Assembly: GCF_009914755.1 (NCBI RefSeq)
Contig: NC_060930.1
DNA length: 64,000 bases
Source of the DNA: the human T2T-CHM13v2.0 reference genome, Homo sapiens
Reading direction: 5' to 3' (one strand)
The translations under genes and the position numbers were made by a program. Positions 30,201-44,135 of the stretch are shown here, piece after piece; position 1 is the stretch's first letter, and the number at the start of each line of letters is the position of its first letter. Below the pieces are notes generated by a model. That model was given only the letters and a program-made list of their open reading frames with translations, did not search any database and was not told where the DNA came from.

Positions 30201-31811
30201 GATGTCGAATTTTGCCATTGGGTGTCACTCTCTCAATCACTGTTTCTGTGTAACATCTCCAAAAGTTACTGTCCCTAAGTTAACTTATACACTCAACTAC
30301 AAAACCCTTTAAGTGAGAGCGACCGTGACCCAGTCGCCTCTAGAGCTCTGTCTCACGTGGGGCTTGGCCCGGGGCAGGCGTCCAAGTACCATTTGTGGGT
30401 GGAACCAGGGCCCAGAGGAGCCCACATGTGTCACTGTCTTGTGCAGAGTGCTCAGTAATGGCTTTGGTATTCGTGAACAGACTCTTTGTATCTCTTCTGT
30501 CTCTCTTCGCATTTGCAGAGAATAAACCTATTTCACAAATATTGTGTCAGAATTTGATAATTTGGTTATTGGCATGGAGTTTGGAATACTTAATTCACAG
30601 CAAGGATAGGAAATTGCACTACCTGTGAGAAGTTGGAGGCCTGTGTCCTTGGTCATGGTCAGGCTAAACCCCTGGAAAAGCTGGAGCTCCGACCCTGACC
30701 CACCTTCAAACCTGTTTTTGTCTCTCATATCTCCAGAGACTTCCAGAAGGAATCCCTGTGCTAATGTTCTGTTACACTAATGTAATAGATCACCTATTCA
30801 ATATAAGGCATTATGAAGACATAGCATCTTTGAGACCCCTGAAGAATAAACTATTACTGTTGCTGGTACTGGTGTTAAATGATCGTTTATTTCATGTTAC
30901 TTAAAAACAATTTCCCTACCTATCTACAATTTGATTGTAGCTAGAGTCAGGAGAAGAAATAAATAGATCAGGACCTTTCTCTGGTAAAGTACTTGGATTT
31001 CAAAGTATTTGTTTTCAATCAAATACAACTAGGGAACATCATAGCAAACAAAGACAATTCTGAGGAGTTATTAGAATGATATCAGGGATAATTGTTTAAA
31101 AAGTATTGTGAACCAGAGGCATAACACTTGAAAATTTAAAACACCACGATTACATGGCATGATACATTATAAAACACAAAATGAAATCTCAAAAATTGGT
31201 TATAAGGTTATAATAAGATAACTTTTTCCTTGTTGGTTATTACTTCCACAGCGAAAAGTAAAAATACAACTTGGCTAATGACATGCCTGCCATGTGTTAT
31301 GCTCACAAGCGTCCGTCCCTCAAGCCAAGGGTGTAATGAGCTCTGGGACTCGGTTTATTAAAAGTAAACCATGGATGCGATTATTCAGTTCTCTGAGGAG
31401 AAAACTGGGGGCTGAAATATTACATCCCCAGTGACGGAATAACAATGGCTGTATTTGGGTGAGCAAATTTTAATTCTCAAGTCATTATGGTCTGTAAAAA
31501 ATAAAATTTTGGACAAATAGGTAACTTTATGCACCAACTGGAATGAAACAAGAGGGCTGAGTAGCATAGGGACAAGAAAATTGGAGGCAATTTCTCCAGG
31601 ATTGGCTAAAAAAGGCCTGGTTGGATGATGGATGATGCTAGCAATACAGTGTTTCACAACCATAAACACACTCAAGGATACATGTGATTGGCAAATACTA
31701 AGAAGTTTGACAACACAAAGGACGGAATCAATGGAGCAGTTGTGGAAGTCGGACTCAGCACCGCACAGCCACACCTGCATTGAAGATCACCTGTGAGCAT
31801 TTTCCTTCAGG

Positions 31812-31865
31812 ACATCTCTGGACGTGCGTGCATTTCCAACATCTCTGGACGTGTGTGCATTTCCA
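31812..31865. repeat. 27-bp tandem duplication
   Basis: acatctctggacgtg(c/t)gtgcatttcca x2. Confidence 0.85.
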
Positions 31866-33525
31866 GCGGCTTGGCCAACGGCACCACAGGTTTCAGAAGC
31901 TCGATGGAGCAAGACCAAAAACACCAGCGAACGCCAGCATGAGTGTAAATGGATCCTTTCAAAAGAAAACTACATTTGCTGTAGGAAAATTGTCTTTGGT
32001 GGATTCCAAATCATTACACTTTCAATGGTGCATTTGCAGAGCTCTGACCTGGAAGTCAAACTCAGAGGCGCCAGAAAGGTCACGTTTTATTTAGCCCAAG
32101 CATCTTGTCCTCTCGCCTCTTGGTTGATTTCTTTACTGGGATTTGAAAATGTTGAGTTCATTTCACGATTTTACCTCCTAGGAAAATGAATCCAATAATC
32201 AGGAAGAAGAGGGGCAGGGAAGGAATTTCTGTGGGGGGTGGGGTAGTGGGGGAGTGGAAGTGCTGTGGCCAAGTCAACAAGAATTTTCCCCAGAACAAAT
32301 GTCTTTTCAAGTTCATGCTGAATAGTCTCTATCCATCAGGCAGCTGCGAGGATGTCAACGCGTAGCTGCGAACACAGCCTGGAGGCCCAACATCCCAGCG
32401 GGTGGAAATGAACGCTGTCTGGAAACACAGGTGCATAAACAGCCACGCCCTGCCAAGCCCTTCACAACAGAAAAACACCACCACCCTACTCCACTTCTAG
32501 CAGGTTTCAGTCATTAGCAAGATGGATTTTCCTCAGTAAAACAGTGTGTTATTTTGCCTTTGAGGAAATATAACAAATGGGGAAATCTTTTGGGAAGTAA
32601 CACACATACCCACAGTCATCACAGCCGTGGGTCTCGATCAGTCCCACAGGTGTGGGCATCGCCCACGCCATGGGGTCAGGCACACCCAGCCTCCTGTTCA
32701 GGGAAGCTGCCTGCTGACCAGCTGGTGGTCATACAGTGACGGGGACAGGAGGTTTCCCAGGTCCCCACTCCAGCAGGCACCTTCCAGTTTGGAAACCTGG
32801 ACATGTTACCAAACCTGCATGAGCCTCCATTTCCTGAAATGCAATGGAGGTAACGTGGATGGCTGTGGCACAGGGAGGCTGTGGGGGCTCAGCGGGACCA
32901 ACACCAACGGGAACATCACCAGGAGGCCAGGCACAGGAGGCACATGTGGGAATATCCCCAGGACGCCAGGCACAGGAGGCACGCTCAGGAGCCTCAGCCA
33001 TTGCTGGTGACGTCTGCACTGCCCTGTGCAGTCCTGGATCTCTTACATGTCGCTGGTTGGAGCCACTTAAACAAATTACAACGGAGCGAGACCACACAGA
33101 GCTTGGAAAGTGTGTGTCGGCGTGTGCATGTGAGAGACAGACAGAGAGAGAGAGACAGAGACAGAGAGAGAAAGAGGCTCCTTCCTTCCTTCAACAAGCA
33201 TGTGCCAAGCACAAGATGGCCCAGGCCCTGCGGTGAAGCCCAGTCCCTTTGCTGTCTCCCATTGTCTTTCAGGAGGATAAACACATCAGCCTACAAACAG
33301 CACAGCAGGGAGAATGTGGCAGCCTCTGACTGTTGGGATCTGCTCTTCTGTCAACTCCCATGGGCGGAGACCCCCTGGTGTTTTCAGTGTGGAGGCCAGT
33401 TCCCGGCAGGCAGTAGGTGCTCAGTAAAGTCTTCCTGGTGAGCTGGGAAAGGCCCTGAGGGAAGACACAGCTGTGGGCTTCACAGTGCAGGGAAGAGCAG
33501 CAGCCCCAGCCCGGGCGTCAGGAGC

Positions 33526-34480
33526 TGTGAAGGGCTGAACTGTGTCCCTGTAATTTTCATGCTCAAGTCCTGAACCCCCATCCCTCAGTGTGACTGAGTT
33601 TGGAGACGGGGTCTTTATTTTTTCTCTCTTTTTAATTTTAGATGCAGGGTGTGCAGGTGCAGGTTTGTGACCTGGATATACTGCATCACCCTGAGGTTTC
33701 GGCTGCTATGGATCCCATCACCCAGGCACTGAGCACGGCACCCAGCAGGAAGTTTTTCAGCCATTGCCCCCTCCCACCCTCTCCTCTACAGCGGTCCCCA
33801 GTGTCTGCTGCTCCCACCTTTGTGCCTCTGCGTACCCAGCTTTAGCTCCCACTGATGCACGAGGACATGCTATATCTGGTTTTCTGTTCCTGCCTTACCT
33901 CTCTTAGAATAATGGCCTCCAGCTGCATCCATGTGACTGCAAAGAACACGAACTGATTCTTTTTTATGGCTGCGTAGTATTCCATGGTGTCTATGTACCA
34001 CATTTTCTTTATCCAGTCCACTGTTGATGGGCACCTAGGTTGATTCCATGTCTTTGCTGTTGTGAATAGTGCCATGATAAACATGTGAGTGTATGTGTCT
34101 TTTTGATAGAAGTATTTATTTTCCTTTGAGTCATGGGATTCCTGAGTGAAATGGTATTTCCACTTTTAGCTCTTTGAAAAATTGGAGACAGGGTCGTTGC
34201 AGAGTTGATTAAGTTAAAACAAGGCCATGAGGGTGCCGAATCCATGTCAGGGGCGTCCTTAGAAGAAGAGGATATATTAGGACGCACAGAGACACCCTGT
34301 GTCCATGTGCACAGAGGGGCACCCACATGGACACCACGAGGAGGTACTGTCTGCAAGCCAAGGAGAGAGGCCCCAGAGAAGCCAACCTGCCCAAGCCTTG
34401 ACCTTGGACCTCCAGCCTCCAGCACTGTGAGGAAAACACATGTGTGGTTAAACCTGGTCCACGGTGTTAGGAAGCCTAAC
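33526..34480 (+). mobile_element. MLT1B/C-like MaLR LTR, split by an L1 insertion
   Basis: tgtgaagggctgaactgtgtccc...; resumes at 34182 with ...ctgcaagccaaggagagaggcc...cctccagcctccagcactgtgagg. Confidence 0.8.
33614..34181 (-). mobile_element. L1PA15/16-like 3' fragment
   Basis: Antisense L1 3'UTR plus ORF2 C-terminus (KTWNQPRCPSTVDWIKKMW); TSD ttggagac(g/a)gggtc at 33600-33613 and 34182-34195. Confidence 0.85.
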
Positions 34481-34577
34481 TTCTGGGCCTGAGAGGACAC
34501 CTCAGCACCCCGTGTCTCCTTATTCCTTACGCATCAAAAGGAGACCCCTGCACACCTGTGTCCACGTTTGAAGACAC

Positions 34578-34805
34578 ACTCTGCACCCCGTGGAACACTC
34601 CAGAAAGCTAAAGTTGCATGGAAGCATGAGGAGCCACTCTCAACACCATCATGACTCGCACCCCCAACGGACCATTCCGGAAAGCTAAAGGTGCATGGAA
34701 GCACGAGGAGCCACTCTCAACACCATCATGGCTCACACCCCATGTGGAACATTCCAGAAAGCTAAAGGTGCTCGAAAGCACGAGGAGCCACTCTCAACAC
34801 CATCA
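34578..34805. repeat. 77-bp tandem repeat, about 3 copies
   Basis: gaggagccactctcaacaccatca at 34628, 34705 and 34782. Confidence 0.92.
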
Positions 34806-37494
34806 CAGCTCTCACCTCCAGTTTTGTTCTTGTTGTTGCTTGTGTTTCTTTGTCCTGGCAACATCCGCCCTGAGAATGTCTCTTCACTCCTGCAGGAATA
34901 TCCAGACTGTGCTCCTACTCAGGATCCCATTCCAGGGCCTGGTTCCTTCCCCCAGCGGGCAGACACATCCAGTAGGCGACCAGCCAGCAGCGCATGTAGA
35001 CAGCATCGACGCCGATACCAGGCTCAGAGGACAGAACCATATTCCAGAGGAGCTGGGGAGAGGCGTTGTCTCCAATCCAGTTGAGGTCACCACGTCTTGG
35101 TGGAAATGGTGGCTTTTGAACTGAGCCTTGAGAAATAAAAAGCAAAGCAGCAAACAGTGGGGGACCGGGAGAAGGGAACAGAATGAGCGAAGACACAGCA
35201 GGAGGGCGGCTTCTAAAGCGCTGGAGAGACAGACCCAGCTAGCACTGATCCAGCAAAGCGATTGTGCAGGGGAAGCAGGATGCCCGGGTGGGGTATGCAG
35301 AGCCTTAAACTCCAGGCCAATGTGCCAGGGACTTGCACTGGGGCACTGCACTATCAGGGCTGAGTTCAGGAAGAATAACCGTGATGTCCAACAGTCAAAA
35401 TAAAAGCTCTTTAAAAAATGAAGTAGGTACAAAGCACAGTGTTTAACAAGTTGATTATCTTTTGAGACTTCAGGGTGATAAGCAGGACATGTGGCATATC
35501 AGAATCTAAGACACTACGGCACCAGGCCTTCCCATTCTTCACAGGCACCTTCGTCCTGGAGAAGTATCATCATTCAGTAGAGTCTTACCAAGCGTTTATT
35601 CTGTGCATGACTAAGTTAGAAACGGGGAAAATAAAGAAGGAAAAGTCTGTTTCATTCTGAAGAGTCCCACAGTCTGGTCAGGGAGTCAGACACCTCAGTG
35701 AGCTATACAACCATCTACCCTTCAGTAAGTGTTAAATGAAGGTCTGTGAAGATGGGAGGGGCTTCAGGGAGACGCAGCATTTGAGTGGAATCTTGGCAGG
35801 TGGAGAGAAGCCCCTGTCTGCACCCCACTCACTGAGGCCCCAGCCCACCCCACCACCCTGTGCAGGCTGCCGATGCTGACTCATCTCAGTGGTCTATCAA
35901 GAGGTTCCTATGCTCTGCTATTGCCGGAAAACACCTCTCTTCTGAGTCTCTCCCGAGTCTCTCCCTAAAGGAAGGATATGAAAGAGGACTCTGTAGCCAC
36001 AGAACATTTCAGACACCACCTATGTCTTCCCTCGTCAGCCCCTGCGGTGCAGCAGAGGGTGTTTAATCTAGTTCCTTGTTCTTTCAAACACATCCAAATT
36101 TCACCACTTCTCTTAATGAATTATGACATCTATGGAAAACTATGTTTGCAATCTTACAGAATGATAAATGCCACGACAGCTCATAAAACTTAAATTTGTT
36201 TTATTGCTAATTAATGATGTTTTAGCATCCCTAAGGAAAGTTTTCTGATTGTTATTCATCTATATGGACAACATTTTAAATTACTACTATTTTCGAGAAA
36301 AATTAAATTACTTAGAAATAGATTAGGAATACTAACACAGTATGAATCGCTGAACCATGCAAGCCACAGAGGTGAGGTTGCCTTTCATATGTGCGTGCAG
36401 AGGCCCGGGGTAAGGAGAGCCGTATTGAGGCTGGCAGGGTGTGACAGGCTGCGTACAAGCTCCACAGTCCACATTAAGCGCGCGGCCCTGGGATATAACA
36501 CACGATTTACACTTGAGTTTCTATGGCTTTTCCTAATTCATGAAGCAACCCCATAGAATTTGCCAGAAATTATTAGATCAGCTCAGGGCTTCATTTCCAA
36601 AGTCTCCAGGTGACAATGCCTGGCCTCTCTGGTCGCTTCTGGGCAGGAAAGAGATGCAAAAGTGCTTCTCAGCCCCAAATGATCTACCTCCCTCCCATGC
36701 CCTGAAACCTTCCAGTCACCTTAATTCAGCGGCGGCTCTCACACCTGCAGGTGCAGCGGGCCCCCTGCAGGGCTGGATCATCAGACAGTGAGGCCCTGCC
36801 TCTGTCCCCCTGAGGCAGCAGCAGAACTTGGCTGGGGCCCGGGTCAGCGTCCTGACAAGTCCCAGGAGGTGCTGATGGAGGTACAGCGACCACACTTGGA
36901 AGATCGCTGCCTTGACTCAGCACACCAGAGAATCCACGTGGTAGCCACAGATGACGCATCCTGGCCGGGCCTCCAGGGCTCCTTCTGTCCACCCACAGGA
37001 ACCCCCAGAGCTGTGAGGAGGAAGAGAAGCCAGGTGTTTTTTCACACTAATGGATATACTGTGTATTTTTTTCAGTGCAGAACCATCCTGATGGCAGTCG
37101 TGAGCTCACAGGAAAGCACAGTGGCTCACGGAGGGCACATGGGGTGGTGTTTCAGGCCCATCCACTGGAGCTCACTCTTCCTCATGGGCCCCGACGGTGG
37201 GCAGCCCCAGCCTCTGCTTCCCACCCTGCATCCCACCCCCACCCACCGCCTTAATTCACCATTCTTTACTGCTGTTTTTGATGGCAAAGAAAGTGACTCA
37301 GAAACTTCAGCAAACACAAACAACAGAGGATGTTTTGGAAAGCCATGAGGTGATGGTTCACAGAATTGAAACGAAAGCCACGGCTCCCTGCAATGGACAC
37401 GGCAGTTTATCCCTCCTGTCCAGCTAAACGTCATACCTTTTCACCAACCTCCCCTCCTGCCCCTCCACAGCCTCCCTTAGACATCACACATTGC

Positions 37495-37714
37495 ATATTT
37501 CAGATTTCTTGAAAGAGTCGTTTTAAATGTTTTCACCACAAAAAAAGATAAGTGTGTGAGGGGATGGACAGACTCATTAGCTTGACTCAACCATTCCACA
37601 ATGTATACATGTATCAAAACATCCTACTGAACCCCACAAATATATAATAATATACAATTTTTAACATTTATAAAGGAAAAAAAGAAAAAATTCAATACAG
37701 AAAGAAAAAAAAAG
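37495..37714 (+). mobile_element. L1MA/MB-type 3' end with A-rich tail
   Basis: caccacaaaaaaagataagt...ccattccacaatgtatacatgtatcaaaacatc... Confidence 0.7.
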
Positions 37715-38353
37715 CAAAACAACCAGACCTCCAGAGGGCAGACGTGGGGGAGGCCCTGGGAACCAGTGACCATCCCTCTGGCCCTCCAAGGTGCTGCCTT
37801 GGGTACCTGCCCCACAAGGTGAGTGAAAAAGCTCCTGTGACTCATGAAGACTTGAAGTCCTGGGAGAGAGAGGCTGGTAGGATTTGATCAACGTCTTGCA
37901 GTGGGTGGTGGCAGGACGAGTGGCTGGCAGGTGAAGGTCCCAGGGTCTGATGTAACCACTCAGTTCACCCCATGTCCTGCCCCAAGGACTGTCCTGGAAC
38001 CCTGTGGCCACTCTGGGCAGGTGCCCTGCTGGGCTGACCCTCGCCGTCCTTCTCCAGGACACTGAGTCTAGGCCACCTGTTGATATTTTTATTGACAACG
38101 ATGTTCTCCACCCAAATAGAGTCCCTTGCTGGAATCTGCGTCACACATCTGGTTCCCGGGGATGCACCCGGTGCTCCAGCAGCGCATTCCAGTGACAGCC
38201 TGGTAATGGAAAAGGAGCAGAGCGAGCAGCACCAGGAAGGGCCCTGAGGGGGCTCTGTCAGTGAAGGAGAGAAAGAGCTAGGGAAGCAGACAAACAACGG
38301 CAGCTTCCGATGCTCAGGCTGAAGAGCTGGGCAAGGCCCTCCCTCTCTCTCAG

Positions 38354-40437
38354 ACACACACATCACACACCACACACACCACACCACACACCACAAACAC
38401 AAGACACCACACACCACACACACGACACTCACACCACACACACCACACAGCACACACACGCTACACACACCACACAAAACACACACCACACACACACCAC
38501 ACAACACACCACACACACCACACACACCACACACTACACACACCACACAAAACACATCACACACACACCAAACACCACACACACAACACTCACACCACAC
38601 ACACCACACAACACTCACACCACACACTACACACGCCACACCACACACACACCAAACACCACACAAACACCACACATGACACACACCACACCACACACAC
38701 CACTCTCATACCACACACCACACACACACAACACACACACCATACACCACACACACCACACACGACACACACCACAAACCACACACCACAAACACAACAC
38801 ACCACACACCACACACACAAGCCACACACACATACCACACACACACACCACACACACACCAACCACACACACCACACCACAAACACAACACACCACACAC
38901 CACACACACACAACACACACACCATACACCACACACACCACACACACCACACACGGCACACACCACAAACCACACACCACAAACACAACACACCACACAC
39001 CACACACACCACAAACCACACACACTCCACACACATCACACACCACACACACCACACACCACACACACCACACAAGCAACACACCACACACACCACACAC
39101 ACAACACACACACCATACACCACACACCACACACACACTACACACCACACACCACAAACACAACACACCACACACACCACAAACACAACACACCACACAC
39201 ACCACACAATACACCACACACACCCCACACATACCACACACTACACACACCACACAAAACACACACCATACACACACCGAAGACCACACACACACCACAC
39301 ACCCCACACCACACACCAAACACCACACACACCACACACACACCACAAACACAACACACCACACACACCACACATACACACCACACACACCACAAACGCA
39401 ACACACCACACACCACACACACCACAGCACACCACACACACAACATACACACCATACACCACACACAAACCACACACCACAAACACAACACACCACACAC
39501 CACAAACACAACACAACACACACCACACACCACACAAAACACACACACCAAACATCACACACACAACACACACAACACACACCACAAACACAACACACCA
39601 CACACCACACACTGCACACACCACACACACCACATACTACAAACAACACACTACACACCACACTCACCACACACAAACACACACAACACACCACACACAC
39701 CAAACACACACACAACACCCACACCATACACCACAAATACCACACACTACACACACCACATACCACACACGCCACACACATACCACAACATACCACACAC
39801 CACAAACACACCGCACACCATACCACACACACCACATACACACTACACACACCACCCACCACACACACCACACACTCTACACATACCACACACACCACAC
39901 ACCACACACAACACACTACACACCATACACACACCACACGCACACAAAACACACACCCCACACACCACACACAAAACACACACCACACACACCACACACA
40001 TCACATACCACACACACACCACACACCACACACCATACACACTACACACACCACACACCACACACTGCAAACACAACACACCCCACACACCACACACACA
40101 CACCACACAAACACCACACACACACACCACATACCACACACACACCACACACACCAAACACAGCACACACACACCACACACCACGAACACACCACACACC
40201 ACACACCACGAACACACCACACACACACCATACACACACAAAACACCCACAACACACACACCACACACCACAGATACCACACACCACATACCACACACAC
40301 ACCACACACCACACACACACACACCCCACACACCACATATCTCACACACACCACACACATCACACACCACACACCATACACACCACACATGCCACACAAC
40401 ACACACACCACATACCACACACAGCACACACACACAC
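38354..40437. repeat. About 2.1-kb degenerate CA-rich tract, (CACAC/CAC/CA)n
   Basis: Almost exclusively C and A on the plus strand. Confidence 0.98.
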
Positions 40438-40827
40438 TGGCGTTACCATGCACTACTCAAATCCAGACTCTTCTACTACATACGCCACTCCCCAGGATTA
40501 AGATCTTAATTCAACTGAATTCAAGGAGCTCTAAATGAGCGTGGGTGCCCCAGGTCCCGTCTCACTCTGTGCTTTTGTGTTCAAAGGCTTCTTTCGCTTG
40601 AGGATGTATTTGGTGCACACCTCGAAGGTGACTGGTCCCGGTTCTTGCAGCCAGACACCTGCCGGGCATCTCTGACTGAAGAGTGCCATGCAGTCCACAC
40701 AGCTCTGAGAACTGAGCATCTCAAAGCAGGAAACCCTGCTTTTGGGAATTGCCCAAGATCCTACAGGGAGTCTTTGCGAAAACAGGATTCAGGACTCACA
40801 ACCCCAAAGCTAAACAATCTGGTTCAA

Positions 40828-41200
40828 CCTAATAATGGATTAGCAGCAACCAGGATGGAACAAGCTGGAGGCCATTATTCTAAGTGAAGTAACTCACGAA
40901 TGGAAAACCAAACCTCCTATGTTCTCACTGTTAAGTGTGAGCTAAGCTAGGAGGATGCAAAGGCATAAGAATGATACAATGGACTCTGGGGACTCAGGGG
41001 GAGCGTGGGAGCGGGGCAAGGGATAAAAGACTACATATTGGTTACAGTGAACACTGCTGGAGTGATGGGTGCACCAAAACCTCAGAGATCACCACTAAAG
41101 AACTTTTCCATGCAACCAAATACCACCTGTTCCCTCAAAACTAGTAAAATAAAAATAAAATAATAAAATATGCATGCAAGGTAAAAAAAAAAATAAATAC
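40828..41200 (+). mobile_element. L1PB 3' fragment
   Basis: gaggccattattctaagtgaagtaactc...gatgcaaaggcataagaatgatacaatggact...; TSD acaatctggttcaa at 40814-40827 and 41201-41214. Confidence 0.88.
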
Positions 41201-41465
41201 ACAATCTGGTTCAAAACTAATTATTTTATCTGATGAGGTTGAGTTTAGCTTAGTGAGCCACACCTCCCCGGCACTTTTAAATTACCACAATGCCAGGGAG
41301 AATGGTGTTCTTTGGTTGCAAAGTGAAAGTCAACGTAGAAAAACCAATGCAAATTGAATTAAATCACATGCCATTGATCCTAATGCTCCTTTCTTGTTTC
41401 ATGGAACTGCTTGCAAAGGTCTGCGATGGTATCCAGAAATGCAGCACACCCTTGTGTTTCAGGAT

Positions 41466-41555
41466 CCAGTCTCTCCATGTGATCTCACAGGTGGAGCCAG
41501 TCTCTCCATGTGATCTCACAGGTGGAGCCAGTCTCTCCATGTGATCTCATAGGTG
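41466..41555. repeat. 31-bp tandem repeat, about 3 copies
   Basis: ccagtctctccatgtgatctcacaggtggag at 41466, 41497 and 41528. Confidence 0.93.
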
Positions 41556-41739
41556 GGTTCAGAATAAACCCAGGGTTTTTGTATGAACTAAATAACATAT
41601 GTGCAGCTCTCAGAATTTTATTACTTGATCTATTGTATGCACATGAAAATAATGTATTTATTCACTCTGTATCTACTCTGCCTCTTTGTGTGTGAAACCT
41701 TTGAGTGGGGTTCATATTCCCCTTATTTTCCCTTGGCCC

Positions 41740-42650
41740 CTTTTAAGTCTATACCTCCGTCTGGAGATCACCAGTCTTCTGATTTTTGTCATTATCAGTT
41801 AGTTGTGTCTGTTTTGGACTTTGTGGAAATGGAACCAGACAGTGGGAACTCTTCTGTGTCTGGCTTCTTTCACGCACATGTTTGTTGTGAAACAAACATC
41901 AATATTCTTGGTACACTCGTGGTTTATTGTTTTATCACACTATAGTTTTCCATTGCAAGGCTATAAAAATGTATTTATTTCTTCTCTTGTTCTGAGCATT
42001 TGGGTTGTGTCCAGTTTGGATTTACTGTGCATAAAGCTGCTATGGATGTTCTTGCACATGTCCTTTTGTGGACTGCGCCACTCATTTCCCATAGTTAGAG
42101 CTAGGAGCAGGATTTCGGGTCATAGGATAGGCATATCTTTAAATTTAGTAAATATTGCTGAAGAATTTTTCCAGAATGGTGGAACCACTTTATATTCCCA
42201 GAGCAATAGGTGAGTTCTCATCACCAAGTCCTCCCCAGAAGTTGGCATTTTCAGTCTCTTTAGCCTTACGCATCCTGGTGAGTGTGCAATTCTCCCTCAC
42301 TGTGGATTTAATTTTCATTTTCTTGAAAACAAATGATCTTGATCACCTCCTCATAGCTCCCTGGCCATTGGGATATCCCGTTTTGTGAAGTGCCCACACA
42401 GGCTATTGCTCAGCTTTTAAATTGGATTGTGTTTTTCTGATTGATTTTCTAGGGCTTCCTCCTGTGTTGTGGGAACTAATGAAAGCACTTATCTTTTCAC
42501 TTTCTTAAGGTTGTCATCTGATGAACAGAAGTTCTAAATTCTGCTGAAGTCCAATTGATCTTTTAATCAGTATTTTTAGTGCTTTGTACACCTTAAAATA
42601 TATTAGCTTCCTGAAGGTCATGAAGATAATTTATAAGACAAATTTCTAGA
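41740..42650 (-). mobile_element. Ancient L1M (ME/MD-like) fragment
   Basis: Degenerate antisense L1 ORF2 3' region and 3'UTR. Confidence 0.65.
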
Positions 42651-44135
42651 AGGAGGTAGTTTGGTTTGACTTGGCAAAGATATGAGGAAGCGGTAGGAAG
42701 AAAATCGAGCTTACTGTATATGACTATTTTCTTTTCATTCTATTGACTTTATTTCTCAGTCTCTCAGTTGACTGATAACTGAGAGGAATGTTGGTCTGAA
42801 CGATACGCAGAAACTGGTTAAAGCCAGAGTGTTTAAGGAGACACAGTGAGCTTACCCAAGGGCAGAAGGCAGAGGGAATTAAAGCAGAATCATTCTCATC
42901 TGAAGAGACTTTGCCCATAAGAATTCTTGCAAAAAGCAGACTGCCTCCATGCCCAGGATGCCATTTTTAAAGAAATGATTTATGCAGGTCTCATAAAAAA
43001 TGTTCAGTCAAAGGACATGAGTTCAAGTGACTTCTTCAGCCTGGCATAAACACTCATGCCTCCAGCCAAGAGGACGTGGCCAGGCAAGGCCCGCGACGTT
43101 CCTGCTGCGCGGAGTCATCACTGTCATCCAGGCTTCAGAATTTCTACCAAGTTTTGCCTCTGAACTTTATTTTTCTTTTCTCTCCAAAAACTCAGGGAAC
43201 GCACTCCACTGTTATTGTTTTGTTGCAAAAGGAATGATTTAGATTTCTGGTGAGGAAAATTTGAACAGACAGTTAATTTTACTAAAAAGTTTTGGTTCTG
43301 ATCACAGCCCACATTCCAGAGCAAATAGAGCAAAGGGATTGTCTTTTTTGTAAAATCTGAAGTCAAATTGTCCCAGCTGTCAGATCCTTCTACACACAAA
43401 AACTAGAGATAAATATGTGATGAGATCTTAGAGCATTCCAATATCAAGTTTTTGGGAATTATGAAGGCACTTTACATGAAATTCATGTCCTATCATTTTT
43501 CTTATTTTTCACAATGACTTCTCACATTGACATTAAAATGAATTCTCACAATGACATTAAAACATCTTTTAAAATATTCAAAACATAAATGATCAATTTA
43601 TTCCCATCTTTTTATTTCATGTAGATTTTTTCATAGCCTGTTAAAATTACAACAAAATATAAGATGTGTTAAATCCATCTCTCCCCTTCTACCACTTCTT
43701 ACTGATGTTGCCATTTCTGAGGATTCTAATTTTCTTCTCCTTTTCTTCCATTGAATGAAAATGGTTTTAATTTTAACAGTTCTGTCAATATTGCCTGTCT
43801 TTTTTCAAAAACATTTGTTCTTGTAGCATGGACTGGAGACCCATGGTGCAGCACATCCCGAATATTTGCTCTCTGGGTCTGCACAAGATTCAACGCCCTT
43901 GACTATGACACCCGTGCACCAAGTCACTGGCCTTGTCATGAGCCCTTGTGTTACTCCTCTTCCAAAATAGTGTCCTCTTTTCCCCACCGATGCCCTCACT
44001 GCATGGCGGTAGAAATGAAGCCCCGTGGCTGCTGCCTCCTCACCGCCGCCTTCTGTCAACCTCCTGGTTTTACTCACGTTGCATCTGATTCCCTGGTTTC
44101 TAGCTCCATCTTCCTCTCCACTGTGGCCCCTGCCA

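Noticed and set aside
36742-36753. 12-bp palindrome CACCTGCAGGTG
   Set aside because: Several palindromes of this length are expected by chance in 64 kb
38310-40538. 742-aa His/Thr ORF and antisense Val/Cys ORFs as real proteins
   Set aside because: Composition artefact: CA/TG tracts rarely form stop codons, and there is no domain or exon context
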